Shown here piece after piece: positions 1-12,940 of a stretch of 64,000 nt of DNA. The DNA lies in the NCBI GenBank assembly GCA_040954595.2, contig CM082593.2:8875200-8939199 (forward strand), written 5' to 3'. The first letter of the stretch is position 1. Every line of letters starts with the position of its first letter. The notes beneath the pieces were generated by a model. That model ran no database searches, was not told the origin of the DNA, and was given only the letters and a program-made list of their open reading frames with translations. Position numbers and translations under genes: made by a program. This DNA is from Balanoglossus misakiensis (lineage: Eukaryota; Animalia; Hemichordata).

Positions 1-152
1 GATGTGGTGAGGTTATTTCCTTATGTGATGTTGTAATGTCATGATGTGGTGAGGTTATTTCCTTATGTGATGACGTAATGTCATGATGTGGTGAGGTTAT
101 TTCATTATGTGATGATATTATGTCATGATGTGGTGAGGTTATTTCATTATGT
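1..152. repeat. 42-bp tandem repeat (~3.6 copies; runs off window start)
   Basis: GATGTGGTGAGGTTATTTCCTTATGTGATG...ATGTCAT recurs at 1, 43, 85, 127. Confidence 0.9.
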
Positions 153-175
153 GTTGAGAATATATATTATATGGG

Positions 176-1390
176 ATGACAGCTAGTTCAGCATGTGTAA
201 CATTTGGTTGTGGAACTCCTCCACAAGTGCAAAGTTCTTCTGGTGCTCCTCAATTTTTCATACCTAGACACATTTTGGAAACCCATTTGGACCAAGGCTT
301 CAAGATCTCAGAAATAGCCTCAATGCTCATTGTGTCAGAAAGTACCATATACCGTAGAATGAGACAGTATGGGCTCAGCAAAATGATGTTAAATGATATT
401 CTAGATGAAGAACTTGCTGTTCATATGGAGGAACTAACAAAAGAGTTCCCCTATTGTGGGCATAACATGTTGACGCACTTGCTCATGGAAAAGACTGGAA
501 TTAAAGTACAACGCCAGAGACTTAGGGATAGTGTACACCGCATTGATGGAAATGGAGTTGAAGCAAGGAAACGTGGTAGATTACAGCGGCGTGTGTACAA
601 TGTTAAAGGCCCAAATCAACTCTGGCATTCTGATACAAACCACAAACTCATACGTTGGGGAATGGTTATCATTGGTGGCATTGATGGATTCAGCCGACTT
701 CCTGTAATGCTACAATGCAGGGATAACAATAGAGCAGATACCTTATTGGCATGCTTTAAATCAGCTGTTAGAACCTATGGCATTCCAAGCAGGGTTCGAT
801 CAGACAAAGGCATGGAAAATGTCTATATTGCAGATTTTATGATAGAAAAGCGAGGAGTTAACCGTGGCAGTATGATCACAGGTAGCAGTGTGCATAACCA
901 GAGAATAGAGAGGTTATGGCGTGATGTGTATGAAGGAGTGCTTGCTCTGTACTATGAGCTACTTTACTTTTTGGAGGACAATTCCATTCTGGATCCATTA
1001 AATCCTGTTCACATTGCAGCCCTTCATTATGTGTTTCTGGAAAGGATCGATCACAAATTAGAACTCTGGCGAAATGCCTGGATTTGTCACAGATTGAGGA
1101 CAGTGGGTTCATCACCACTTCGTTTATGGGTTGCAGGTCAGTTACAAAATCCCATTGGGATCGACCTGTCTGACAATGATATTGACGAGTATGGAGTCGA
1201 AGGAGACGTTGACTTTGAACCCCCAGATCACTCCAGACCAATCTTGGATGGCCCTTCCATGCAACCAACTGATGAATGCTTGGCTCTACTTTCCCGATCA
1301 ATATCACCAACATGGCAATCAGAAAATCATGGTATTGACATATACAGGAATGCATTATCAATTATTCAAAACTTTACAGGAAATCCTTGA
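176..1390 (+). CDS. IS3EU-type DDE integrase-core transposase (uninterrupted ORF; true start may lie in an upstream exon)
   Basis: HTH-like N-terminus ([19 protein letters not shown]) and motifs [55 protein letters not shown]. Confidence 0.85.
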   Translation: MTASSACVTFGCGTPPQVQSSSGAPQFFIPRHILETHLDQGFKISEIASMLIVSESTIYRRMRQYGLSKMMLNDILDEELAVHMEELTKEFPYCGHNMLTHLLMEKTGIKVQRQRLRDSVHRIDGNGVEARKRGRLQRRVYNVKGPNQLWHSDTNHKLIRWGMVIIGGIDGFSRLPVMLQCRDNNRADTLLACFKSAVRTYGIPSRVRSDKGMENVYIADFMIEKRGVNRGSMITGSSVHNQRIERLWRDVYEGVLALYYELLYFLEDNSILDPLNPVHIAALHYVFLERIDHKLELWRNAWICHRLRTVGSSPLRLWVAGQLQNPIGIDLSDNDIDEYGVEGDVDFEPPDHSRPILDGPSMQPTDECLALLSRSISPTWQSENHGIDIYRNALSIIQNFTGNP

Positions 1391-2099
1391 TATAATTTTT
1401 ATACAAGGCAACCAATGATTCTGAATACGGTTACCACATGAGTTGTAGTGTATAGTATTATATTCCTGCAACTAACATTCAAATTTGCTTCATGATATGT
1501 CTGGAATTCAAGTATGGCCTAGAACTACTGGAGAAATAAGAATGTGTACATTTGCCATGCTTGAACTTGAACGAACCACACATTTGTATTTCTCAATCAT
1601 AATTATTAAAATAGCAGTCTGGTTTTGGAATGAAAGTCGTTTTGTATTTTTTGGGGAAAAAACAATATGCCCACCCTCAGTACACCACTCTGAAATCTGA
1701 TAATCTTTCAAGACCTCAATTAGGTGAACACATACACATAATGGGATTTTTTTTAATTCAATATGGCGGCAAAAGTCATGTGATTGCTCTTGATTTATTG
1801 GCAAACTTTGAAGGGCAGAAGACATGTATATCGCACACCAAAATAAAACTTGATTTGTACTTAAGTTAAGGATAAAATGCCATTTTTACTTTTTTCAGAA
1901 AACTCAATATGACCACCATCACATGACTATTTGCAATATCAGTCGGGTGCACGACTACTCATTGACCAACTGACTCTATAGCATGAGCCTCAAAATATCA
2001 CAATAGAAACCACTTTTTTCAGGATAACTCTTTTTTATTCAACTTTGTAAAAGTTGCAAGCTACACTGAACACAACAATCTTAACATAGAGCATCCTGG

Positions 2100-2418
2100 C
2101 CAAGTATTAACCAAAGGAAGTATTTATCCAAATTCAGCTTGATTCATTGTGCTAAAGAAAGAAAGAATTGAATCCTAAAGAACAACAAAAGGAAGCACCA
2201 AGGTTCTAATTTGCATATTCATGACCCCATCAAATCCAAATTAACAAAATCAGGTAAGGGCACCATAACACACATTCCAACAAAATTTCAGCTAAATATG
2301 CCAAGTTGTTTTAAAGAAGAAGATTGAAATACCAAAAGTTGACGGACGACAGACGGACACTTATCAACCTACTGCTACAGCTCGGCTGACACAAGTGACA
2401 GCAGAGCTAATAAAATAA
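2100..2418 (-). mobile_element. Helentron/HINE (DINE-1-like) non-autonomous remnant
   Basis: GACGGACGACAGACGGAC microsatellite, then short hairpin AGCTCGGCTG...CAGCAGAGCT and an A-rich tract. Left boundary uncertain. Confidence 0.4.
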
Positions 2419-2527
2419 AGCTTGTAACTAATGTAACCTCATTTTAGAAAATATTCAACTCACTTTGTCCCTTTAACCTGTGTGGGTGCTTTGGACTTCT
2501 TGACTGTCCCGTTGTTTCAATGCAGAC

Positions 2528-2670
2528 TAGTAATCAGCTACCGTATACTTTTATTCGTATTTAAATAAGTGATCACTACTTTTTTATTGATATGGTAATG
2601 GTGTCCGTTCATAAAAGTGTAGTGATTACTTATTTACATATGAATCAAAGTATACGGTAGCTGATTACTA
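2528..2670. mobile_element. Palindromic MITE with TAG...CTA ends
   Basis: TAGTAATCAGCTACCGTATACTTT ... AAAGTATACGGTAGCTGATTACTA (24-bp perfect TIR with imperfect extension). No clear TSD. Confidence 0.7.
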
Positions 2671-2970
2671 ATTTGCCTAGATAAAAAGGATGGCAAGAAC
2701 TATAGGTCACATAGTTATTCGAAAACGCATAATCATATAGTTTAAACAGAGTGTCTCTGTCTGGAAGTGGATTGTCCTGGGTACCTCTGGGCAGCTTCAA
2801 CATATTGATACAAGGTTTTGTTTGTTTTTATTATATATTTGGAGACAAGTTTGTTATTTGATATATTAGAATGTATTTACAATCTATGACTATACTAAAG
2901 AAGTGGGAATAAAAGGCTCACAATAAATAATGCAAAGGCTGCTCTAATTTGACACTTAATTCTCATATTA

Positions 2971-3279
2971 GGCCAAAATAAAAAAATATGTGCTGTTCAC
3001 ATTACCCGACCTACCCTAATTGTAACCCACCGACCCTAAACTTTTTAGGACTTTGTAAACCCGGAAGTAAAAATAATGGTGTGCAATATACAAAATTGAT
3101 TAGAATCACATGAGAACTATGAAGAAATCGCACAACACCACACTAGAACTATGTCATTTTTCTACACAATGGCGGCCAGAGAAATAAAACAAATTCGCAA
3201 AGTAAACAAATTTCCCTACCTATCTTCCCCCCTTTTTTGAAAACCATGTAATCCAAACAGCACATATTGTTTTTTGGCC
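2971..3279. mobile_element. MITE with GGCC ends and TWA flanks (Zator/Harbinger-like)
   Basis: TTA|GGCCAAAATAAAAAAATATGTGCTGTT ... AACAGCACATATTGTTTTTTGGCC|TAA. Confidence 0.65.
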
Positions 3280-3651
3280 TAATGTTCAGGATAATGAAAA
3301 AATCTATGTAAATAATTACAGAGATTCTTTACTAAAGCTTAATTCACAACTTGAAAATTGACATCATGTATGATTACAGTACTTCTATCAGTGAAAGGGA
3401 AAAATCTCTTTTTCTTAAAGATTAACTTGCTTTCTTTTTAAAAGTTATTTATGTTGTTCTGCTCACTGAAATGGGTTCATTCTCTGATTAACACAGATCT
3501 ACTACAACCTTGTGCATGGACATTAATGTATGATTACAACTGTATTTCAATTTTTGGTATGTACCAAAACTGTATTTCAGTGAAATTGCATTGTAGCCAT
3601 GTGCACGGTAAGAGTTGGAATGAGTTCACTGTGTGAGTATAACAACATAAG

Positions 3652-4829
3652 CAGTTCGTGTTCAGTCTAAAATAAGACATCGTTTCTGCGCATTCGCAAT
3701 GCAATGCAATGCTACTGCGCAAGTGCAGAACAGGCCTGGACATGGAATTTGGTCAGGTCATAAAAGGTCAAAGGGAGTTCCTCGTACCATGTCCGTAATT
3801 CCCATGTTCGTACACATCAAAAACTGGCCACGCTCCTCATCATTGTGTCGATTGTTTCTGTTCTCGGTCTGTCGGAATGGATCGACCATCAACTGTATTA
3901 TTTCTATTTATCAGTTTGACCTCCTAAATTTATTTTACGTGTTGGACATTAGCAAAAACTAATGTTTTAGCAAAAATTAGCATTAGCAAAAACGTATAGT
4001 TTTTAAGTAAGTACGCGGCATGCAATGGCATTGGCATGTCACTTGGCGCGTACTTGTGTTGACCGTTGAACAGACCAAGCAATCGAACCATTTCCGTATT
4101 TCGATAGCATTCTAACTCGTGTTAAAAGTCATTCGCATTATATATAACCAGGTAAACGATTTCGTCAATTTGAGACACATTTTAGCGTATAGTTCGTTGT
4201 TCCTTCGCTTTTGCTAAAGTTAAAGTTGGTCGTGTGTTTGTCTCACCAGCCAGATAAGAGTGTGATTGATAGCGTACCCTATGAACGTAACGTCAAATAA
4301 GCTGAACTACACATACGAGGTTCATTACTGACATGCATGTCACGATCAACAAGACTAAGGAATTTTAAAAAGTTTTCCCCATTTTTCCCCAATGACCAGT
4401 TACCACGTGTCATACATCAATGGAAAGATTACTTTCTTGTTCGTCAGAAAATTGAAAAAAAAAACGCCGATTGAACGAGTACAATTATACAAAAGAAGCA
4501 CCAAGAAAACGTGGTATTACTTGTTGGTCAGGCAGCAAAATATGCTGACATCAGCGTCCACAACAACCAAAAATTCGATCGATCGTAGCTGGCAGAGTTT
4601 TGAATTTATCTCGCTCAAACTCCGCCATTGTGTCCACTGACCTCTCCAGATGATGTTACATCCGAAAATAGTCGAATGAACGGCATATTGGCTTTAAATG
4701 AGGACCGAAAACAGCCAAACATAACTCTGCATACAAACTTCCGCATTAGCTAATTAATATTAATATGTACTATTGCGCATGCGCTTTCCGCGAAGAAACG
4801 ATGTCTTATTTTAGACTGAACACGAACTG
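3652..4829. mobile_element. Non-autonomous TIR DNA transposon, 36-bp TIR, 5-bp TSD ATAAG
   Basis: CAGTTCGTGTTCAGTCTAAAATAAGACATCGTTTCT at 3652 and its exact reverse complement ending 4829. ATAAG at 3647-3651; ATAAG also on the right, with or without the neighbouring element. Confidence 0.85.
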
Positions 4830-5348
4830 ATAAGGGAGCTGTCATTATTTACGGCCTGGGGGGGGGGGGTCCGGAGGAATTACACTAGAAACTCCAAAAT
4901 TTTGAGAAACCCCCCCTGCCAAGCATGCAGATTTTCAGAAACCCCCCCCCCTTCCAACATAGAAATTTCGACTGGCCCCCCCCTACAACCGGAACAACTA
5001 CATATCAATACATGTATCTGTATAAATCACTTTTACAGGATAGTGTAGTAAAAGACTCCAGGTTCACCCTGCTACATTGTAGGTGATCATCAGTTGCATC
5101 ATGATGGATTGAAAAGGGTGAAACAACAAAACAATCCTCAAAGTCACAACTAAATAATGATTACCGTAAAAGCTCACCCATAACCAGTAACCATCAAGTA
5201 GCATTGTGTAATTTGGACAGGCATTGTTAAAAGTCAAAATGATTATCAAACTTTGTTGGTGAAAGTATATTTCTGTGAATTAACAACAGTTCAGGTAGTT
5301 CAGTTCTATGTGCTAATATAGGTATCTGCTGGGAGCATTCCGCCATGA

Positions 5349-6272
5349 TCCGGAAAGTTCAAAAAACTTGATAAAAAAAGTAAACTGGAACACCCATGGT
5401 CAAAATATATTATCCCAAATGACCATTCCGAGAAGCTGAAATATTATAACAGCATTGTTCCTGGAATATACAAATCAGCTGCACCTCATAAACAGGGCCA
5501 GTTTCGTGACTATCTTCTAGAACAACAAAAGTGGAGATGGCGAGTCAAATGCAGTGTTGATAAACATAGCCAGACTGTCAGAAATTTAACAGAAAATGAG
5601 AAGTCCGGCATGTGTCAACTAGTGATGAAATACAGAAACGCAGATCGTCAGTACACAGCAAATGATACAGAAAAATGTGCTGACTGCTTGGAGAGAATCA
5701 ATAAAGTCATTGCTTCTATTGATAATGACATGCAGGAACTGGAAACAAGCCGGAAAGGTCTGTACAATACGGAAATGCTTCTTAAACCATACGCACAAGA
5801 TGAACACTCTTTCATTGAGTCATACATAGACTTGATGGATGCCCTCAGAAAGACTCTCAACACACACTCAGATGATATTGGTCGCACGCTTCAACAACTG
5901 AAGAGGAATTTCCCACTAGTAGAGAGAAACTCCAGTAATAAAAGAGCAAAGAAGGAAAACCGAAGAAAGGCAAAATCAAGGAAAAGAGCTCGACTGATGC
6001 AGAGAGTTGAAAACACATTAAATAAACTGACGGATGAAAGCACTGTATCTGCATTCATGAATCACATAAACAACCCTAAAACAGAAACATCTTGGACATC
6101 AGTTGATCAGCTTGATGATGAACAGCTTAGCAAAATGACCTACCGTTACCACGGAGAGCCACTGGAATTCTTAGTGAAGCATCACTGTTTTGCTGAAAAT
6201 CCTGCGAGCAGAATTAGTGCATTCTTGGAGAATCTTAGTCACTCTGACTCTGAAGTGTCTAGTGACAATTGA
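5349..6272 (+). CDS. Unknown helical/basic protein inside the TIR element (possibly pseudogenised)
   Basis: Frame of ORF 5610-6272 is open back to 5349, with an in-frame TGA at 5346 after a possible acceptor at 5321. Basic patch KRAKKENRRKAKSRKR; no DDE motif recognised. Confidence 0.5.
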   Translation, partial: SGKFKKLDKKSKLEHPWSKYIIPNDHSEKLKYYNSIVPGIYKSAAPHKQGQFRDYLLEQQKWRWRVKCSVDKHSQTVRNLTENEKSGMCQLVMKYRNADRQYTANDTEKCADCLERINKVIASIDNDMQELETSRKGLYNTEMLLKPYAQDEHSFIESYIDLMDALRKTLNTHSDDIGRTLQQLKRNFPLVERNSSNKRAKKENRRKAKSRKRARLMQRVENTLNKLTDESTVSAFMNHINNPKTETSWTSVDQLDDEQLSKMTYRYHGEPLEFLVKHHCFAENPASRISAFLENLSHSDSEVSSDN

Positions 6273-6461
6273 GATAAAACATATTTGGTCCAGATTTGAA
6301 CCACTCAAGTGTGGACAAAGCTAAGTCATCATACATGACAACTTATCATTCAGTTTCTGTGTGGAATGATGTTCACCAAATTCACACCAGTGTTCACACT
6401 GCGTTGGCATTTTGAGTTCATCGACAGCAAAAACTCAGATACATAATGGCTTTACATGTAT

Positions 6462-6660
6462 TTATTTTTACCTTGTTTCATGTTTAGTTAACATTTATTC
6501 TGTTAAAGTATTTATATGTTTTATATTTAACCTTTTTCATGTTTTATAGTTAACGTTTATTCTGTTAAAGTATTTATATGTTTTATATTTACCCTTTTTC
6601 ATGTTTTATAGTTAACGTTTATTCTGTTAAATTATTTATATGTTTTATATTTAACCTTTA
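6462..6660. repeat. ~60-bp AT-rich tandem repeat (~3.5 copies)
   Basis: TTTCATGTTTTATAGTTAACGTTTATTCTGTTAAAGTATTTATATGTTTTATATTTAACC repeated. Confidence 0.85.
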
Positions 6661-7656
6661 TGAAACATTCTATATCAAAGAATCATTTATGTGCTTAGAA
6701 TGCATTTTTTGAGATTTTTTATTTTATTTATGTTATCAAAACATTATTTCTGCAATATTGTGTTTATCCATAGACTCAAGAGATTACCAAACGTGTGACA
6801 AAGAGGTCAGAGAAAAAAAGACAAAGAAAACAAAAACTTCATTTGCTTGAATATACATGTAGTATGCATTTTTCAGTATTTTAATAAATAATAATAATAT
6901 TTATTTCTTAAAAAATAATAAGGAGTAATGTTTTTTATGCATGATCAGGCAAGCATGCCAATCCTTTATCAGCAAATTTTGGGAAAAATACTTTGATAGT
7001 GCAGTGTGGACACTCTGGTGTTCCGCGGCCAGAGGTCACGGAGCGCTGCAGCACTTGCACAGCACACAACTAAATCTTTCAGTTGAAAAACTTTGATACA
7101 TTTCCCAAAAATGAGTGACCCCCCCCTCTTCATCTACAATTTTTGAGAAACCCCCCCTGAAGCCTTCCAATTTTTGAGAAACCCCCCCTTGATTCCTCCG
7201 ACCCCCCAGGCCATAAATAATGACGGCTCCCTAAGCAATACATGGATTTAATGAAGTAGTAATGGTATCTGGACTTTGAAAATGTCCTGTTGACACAGAA
7301 TCCAGATACTTCATAATTTTATGTTGTAAATTGACACTTTTAATCCAACAATTCTCTGATTGTAAATTTACTTAAAAGTTCATAAGCCAGAGGAAACATA
7401 TTATACACCAGTATATGAAACGATATCCTGCAATTAAAAATGGACACAAACGGCAACCAATTCCAAGACCTTGCTCTGCTTTGTCGGTGATGTTTTTGAT
7501 CTTTGATATGACCTGTAAAATACAAAACGAAGAAAATAGTTTTAAACAAGTGACCGATAAAGCTCTGCTATAATGGGTTGCAGAAACGATTAGGTAGCAG
7601 GTCTTGTGACAGTAACAGGGATGTGGAAGTTCTCCTGTGTATGTTGAATGCATCAC

Positions 7657-7912
7657 TTATATACACATGATGACTGACAATGAGGGCAAAAGTTTATTTT
7701 GATGACTGAGGGAAAACAGACTGTTTTGGTGTGACTGTCAGTCTCGAGGTCATCAAAAATACACTGTTGACCGAATATATCAGTCATCATGTGTTTTATA
7801 ACACACCAAATCGATCGAACTGATGCCCTAGGGAACAGTTCGAAATGACTAAGGTCACGTGACATCGTATTGACGAATCACGATCGAGGGTTCACTGCAA
7901 GGTGTGTTATAC
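7657..7912 (+). mobile_element. Hairpin-plus-short-IR repeat (Crypton-like non-autonomous), copy 1
   Basis: Hairpin ACACATGATGACTGAC...TCAGTCATCATGTGT followed by TATAACACACC...GGTGTGTTATA. Homologous, in opposite orientation, to 29761-30052. Confidence 0.7.
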
Positions 7913-9489
7913 AAATGTAACAAGAGTTGATGACAAATATATGCAAGTGAGGGTTTATATTTAACTGAGAAGACTTTATAGTCCATGGGCCAGAGACCGA
8001 AACCCTCCCCCCCCCCCCTGGGGAGTTTTGCAGACATATATTTTTGGAAAGCCTATTTATCCAGCTGTCAGAATCAGGTTGTTTGCACTCATATTAATGG
8101 TGGGTGTGGCCGTGAGGAGCGGTTGTCATGGTAACGATAGCATAATTTTAGGGGTACTCATACAGTTAAAAAATGATATATTTCAAGATCTGAGAAAGCT
8201 AGAGAAAAAAAATAAACATTGGGTCTTATAAAGTAGGGTACGGGCTATCCAATGATTACATGACCGACAAGGTCAGAGGTCAAGTTCATCTTCAAAACGC
8301 GGGGTCAAAGTAAAAATTTCGCTATTTTTTGCATATCGATCATACATAGTTTCGATTTTCTCGAAAACGGTTAGCTCGAGGAGGCTGTAAATTGGTCATC
8401 AGGTAGCATGGAACATTAGGTTTAAGAAAAATAAGCTGATTCACGTCTTTGATATTAAGTTATATTAAAATTCTGTTACCATAACGACGGATAGCAGATT
8501 TTGCGAAAATCACAAAAATAAGAATCTTGCTATATCTTTGCTACCAATTAAGCTTTAGATAACATTTAAACACTCAAGCTTATAATGTCGGGTGCGATCT
8601 TTTCATTGCTAACTTGAACTTTGGGGTTCAAGGTCAAGGTCATCCTCAAATTTCAGGTCAAAGTGACAAAATGGACATTATGGACTTTTGTTCAAAATGA
8701 CATTTTACGGCGAGCGTTTACTAAACACTGTTTGGGTCTAGAATGCTATAATTTGATCTCCAGATAGACATGTGTATTGTTTACAAAGATTTTAATTTGT
8801 TTTGCTGTTTACATATACTTATAGGATACATGTGAAAACAGAAAAATAATGCAAATAAGTGGCATCTCAAATGCCTTTTATGTAGAAATTACCAGTATTC
8901 CATTACATTTACAATTATGGTATTTAAATATGACACTTCTATAAACTGTAGTGTTTCCAAAACTTAACATTGGAGAGAACAGTTAAGACATGGTCATGCA
9001 AATTGATTTTGTACACACAGGAAAGACTGCAAGAGGCAAGGAAAGTCCATCCTCAAAAATGGCTGACCAACTGAGACTCATAAGTTCTGGACAAAAAAAA
9101 GGTTTACCAAAGAAGAACCCATTGCATTGATGAACATTAAAACAGCCAGGAGAGTAATATCAAGAAGAATCAATATCATATGTTTCAAGTAGCTGCAAGA
9201 ACTTTGTACTGACTGAAACTCCAAAAGCAGATACTACTTAATTATGTCAATTACTCTTGATACAAGCAATACGAGTACCATTTCATTTGTAAACAACTCT
9301 TTCATACCTTGTTTTTTTCACCTTTACATGTGAACACGATAGAGCCAAATCAATTATTGACATATGATTGCCCAGTTTAAGGCATTTAGAAAAGTGTGTA
9401 AATCAATTCATGGACATTGTTTCAGTTTGGTTAAATGACATACTGTAATGGGTAAATTTTTTGAATTTTGTTAATCGATTTCCACTCAG

Positions 9490-11429
9490 TCTACATCATC
9501 GGTTGCTACTCCTGCTGCTGCTTATGCCACAGGAAACCATTCCATTGCCACTCACAGGTCTACTCCAGAAATAGAGGATGTTGTAACACCATTCACTGCT
9601 ACACCTTCCCCATCTCCAGCAAACAGTTCAACATCTGATCAACATGGACATCTAAGGCCGTCAATGTCAGCAACTCACAGTTCATACAGATGTATGCAAA
9701 GTAATAAGGCTTATCCATCTGGACTGGAAACTGATTATCCACCGTGTGAAATGCATAGGCACTTGCTTTCCACTGACATTGACAACAGTAATACATCAGC
9801 AGTATATGGAATGGCTATGACAGCTGTAAATGATGTAGATAGTAACTACGGAACTGATACGTCGTGTTATAGTTCTGGTACTGACTATGGTACTGTAAGT
9901 CAACCAGGGTTTGCAACTGAAGCAAGCTATCCACAAGGAAAAACCACACAAAGTTTTGTTCCTGGACATTCTGCATACCAAGAAAGAGATAACGTCGGAC
10001 CAAATTTCATGATGATACCAGGTAAAACATGTCTTCATATTTAGTTCAGCATTAGCTCCCTGTTTGACAGAACTCAGTATTTTTTTGTACTTACACTTAT
10101 CACTCTACATTTTGGCAAGAGCTGATTGATACTTGGGAACATATTTTTTTTATATAAACTATGTAAACTAAGAATATTTACTACCATTTCTTTCAGTCCC
10201 CCCTCCAGAATCTATGGCATATTTGAAGAGGCTGTTGTCTATTCTTGTTGGTGTGAAGACAGAGGTGAGTCCTGTGTGTACATGTGTGTATGAGTATCTT
10301 TGAAAGTCACATGCTACTGTATTCAGGTACGGTATCGTCAACATTAAATACGCAATTCTGATTATTTAGTAAAGGCCTTTGTTATACCATTGCTTTAAAC
10401 AACAGTACTTCATTATATACAATTTTACAAAGGACAAAAATATCAAAGGAAAATTTTACAACTGTTGCCTCTTTACCAACTCATTTTACATTAAACATAT
10501 TATCTTTCAGAAGGAAAATGAAGGTGATTCGCCAACATCCTCAAAGTTGACACCTGCAGCTCCCATGGCTTCTACAGCAGTAAGTCGTCCCTATGTGTAA
10601 TAATTTTTGCATAAAGAATAATTTGCTTCACAAACATATAATTTACTTTTCCATTATCTTTTGTGAATGTGAGTCTTTCCAAATAACGTGAGTTTTGTGG
10701 TGTTCTGATGTATTCTGTTTGATATTATGATTGATAGAAAGATGGATTTACAGGCAATGTGGTATAAATATGATTGAGTCTTCAATAGGCCTTTGCATGC
10801 AGACATATTATTCTCAGAATTACCAGTTGTTTGATTATTTCATGTAAATTATTGTTTTCAGGGAATGGCAGAACTGGTGCCAGGAAAAGGCGTGTATGTA
10901 CCATGTGTACTATTGGGCAGCCTTTTGTCGGAATGCCACCGAGACCCCAAGAAGCTTTTCCATAAGTTAATAGACCATTTTTTCTCGGTGGACGTATTAG
11001 CTGTGTCAACAGCGTGTGGGACCAGGAAATCAAGTCCCGGAAAACAGCCGTTGGACCAGACCATTGTTGGCGCTGTCAAAAGTAAGTTGATTATACAGAT
11101 GAAAGAAACTTACACTGTCTGTTAACCTACATATTTTTCTATTTACAAATATGAATCAGTAATTTCATGAATGTTTAATTTACACTGATTAGAGTTTTGT
11201 GCCAAAACATGTATGACGGTAGTGATGGTACACAAACCACTTTTAATTATTAACAGGAAATGAATATGTATTAAAGAGTGTCCAATTTATTGCTTACATT
11301 TCAGCATATGTGATGGCATCCGCCAGAAAAAATGACATAACCATGAATGAAAAGGAACTTACAAGAATTTTGACAAATAAATGCAGCGGAGCAAAAAGGG
11401 CTACCACCAAGAGTTTGCAACCAATTTAA
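9490..11429 (+). CDS. Multi-exon BEN-domain protein (5' end not resolved)
   Basis: Phase-compatible GT-AG exons 9490-10021, 10197-10264, 10511-10579, 10862-11081, 11305-11429. S/T/P-rich region, then PKKLFHKLIDHFFSVDVLAVS..G..KQPLDQTIVGAVKTYV...ILTNKCSGAKR (BEN consensus). Confidence 0.75.
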
Positions 11430-11554
11430 CTGAGCCTTCCAGCAGTTCGAAAGATAGAGGAAATCAAATGGTAATTTACAATTACTCTTAACTTAAGTTT
11501 CCTAGCTACTTAGTAAGCAGCAAGTAAATTGAAATTTATATTTTTAAAACTTTA

Positions 11555-11898
11555 AGGGACAAAGTCTCTCTCGCTGCCCTTTTTCCAATAATTGTTTGAT
11601 ACAAGGCACCATTTGTTAGTCTACATGTAGATGTATGGTGAATCAATGTTCAACCACACACAACTTCCATCTCACTAGTATGATATGAGAGTACAAACTC
11701 GCCCAAAATGAATAAACGGTAGAGACCAATTGTTCATTCTGGCGAGTTTTTTCACTCTTGTGTCTACAAGTGGGATAGAAGGTGTGTGTGGTTGAACATT
11801 GATTTACTTTATATATCCACATGTAGAATAACATGAACGGTGTCATGTATTAAACATTATTATTTGAAAAGGGGCAGTGAGAGAGAGACTTTGTCCCT
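11555..11898. mobile_element. Kolobok-type palindromic MITE, copy 1
   Basis: AGGGACAAAGTCTCTC ... GAGAGACTTTGTCCCT|TTAA with long imperfect TIRs. Confidence 0.85.
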
Positions 11899-12764
11899 TT
11901 AAGCTCTTACTATATATTTCCAATTACTTTTAACTTAGATATTAGATACTTGCAATACTAGACTCAATCAGTGCACTTTTTTTCAAATGTAGAAGTACCT
12001 AATACCTTATGATGCAAATTTATTTTATTTACCTTTGAAAGTAACTGTTTACATTTTTCAACCCAGTAATTCCATGTTCTGTATGACTTTCATGTCAACA
12101 AATCAAGAGATGTTTTTCATTATTTATGACATTTGCGGCTTAGTTTGGACAAAAGACTCACATTTACAAAGGACTTTTCAGTTGCATGATATTTTTTGAA
12201 AATCACTTTCTTTATTGATAGTACAGTACATATATTTAAAACTTATACTGCTATATACGGTAATTGCAATATTTGAAATGACAGAAACACATCTTTTCAT
12301 GACTTTCATGCCATTTTTGTTATATTTTTCAAATGTATTTTATTCATTTCTATGTTATTTTATTAATACAAACTTTGTTTAAAATATTACAGTTCTGTGT
12401 CTGTTGGTTTTACTACTCTTGTATTGCTTGTATCTGCTGTAGAGGTCCAACTTTACCAGAGAAAACAGGAATTTTGACCAAACCCCTGGGTATAAAGGTT
12501 AAGTACATTTACCAAAAGCTGAATGCACTGGATTTGTTTGTATGCTGAACACCAGAAACACAATTATGAAATCCATTGCATCTGCTTTAATATCTGGAAA
12601 GAAAAAAACCCCTGTAAAATTGCATTTCCCCATTATGCAATCATAAAACACATGTTTATCGTGTTCAGTTTTATTATGAGTCACTTTATATTAGTGGCCT
12701 CACTGTGTTTTTGTCTGAAGTGAGCGGATGTTTGTATTGGCCTGTTATCTGCCCTGATCTGTGA

Positions 12765-12940
12765 TGTCTGCCCTGAAGCTGTATGTTGTCTGCAAGGGGT
12801 CTGCCCCAGAGCTGTGGGTTGTCTGCGAGGGGTCTGCCCAAGAGCTGTGGGTTGTCAGGGAGAAGTCTGCCCCTGAGCTGTGGGTTGTCTGTGAGGGGTC
12901 TGCCCCTGAGCTGTAGGCTGTCTGCGAGGAGTCTGCCCAT
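12765..12940. repeat. 33-bp GC-rich tandem repeat (~5 copies)
   Basis: AGGGGTCTGCCCCTGAGCTGTGGGTTGTCTGCG units with 33-bp period from ~12796. Confidence 0.85.

Larger units (their letters stand above)
4834..7231. mobile_element. PIF/Harbinger- or Zator-like TIR element (2.4 kb) with TAA TSD, carrying an ORF
   Basis: TAA|GGGAGCTGTCATTATTTACGGCCTGGGGGG ... CCCCCCAGGCCATAAATAATGACGGCTCCC|TAA. Subterminal TTTTGAGAAACCCCCC motifs at both ends. Confidence 0.85.

Noticed and set aside
9021-9190. Candidate upstream exon of the BEN gene
   Set aside because: Stops in all three frames before a usable donor.
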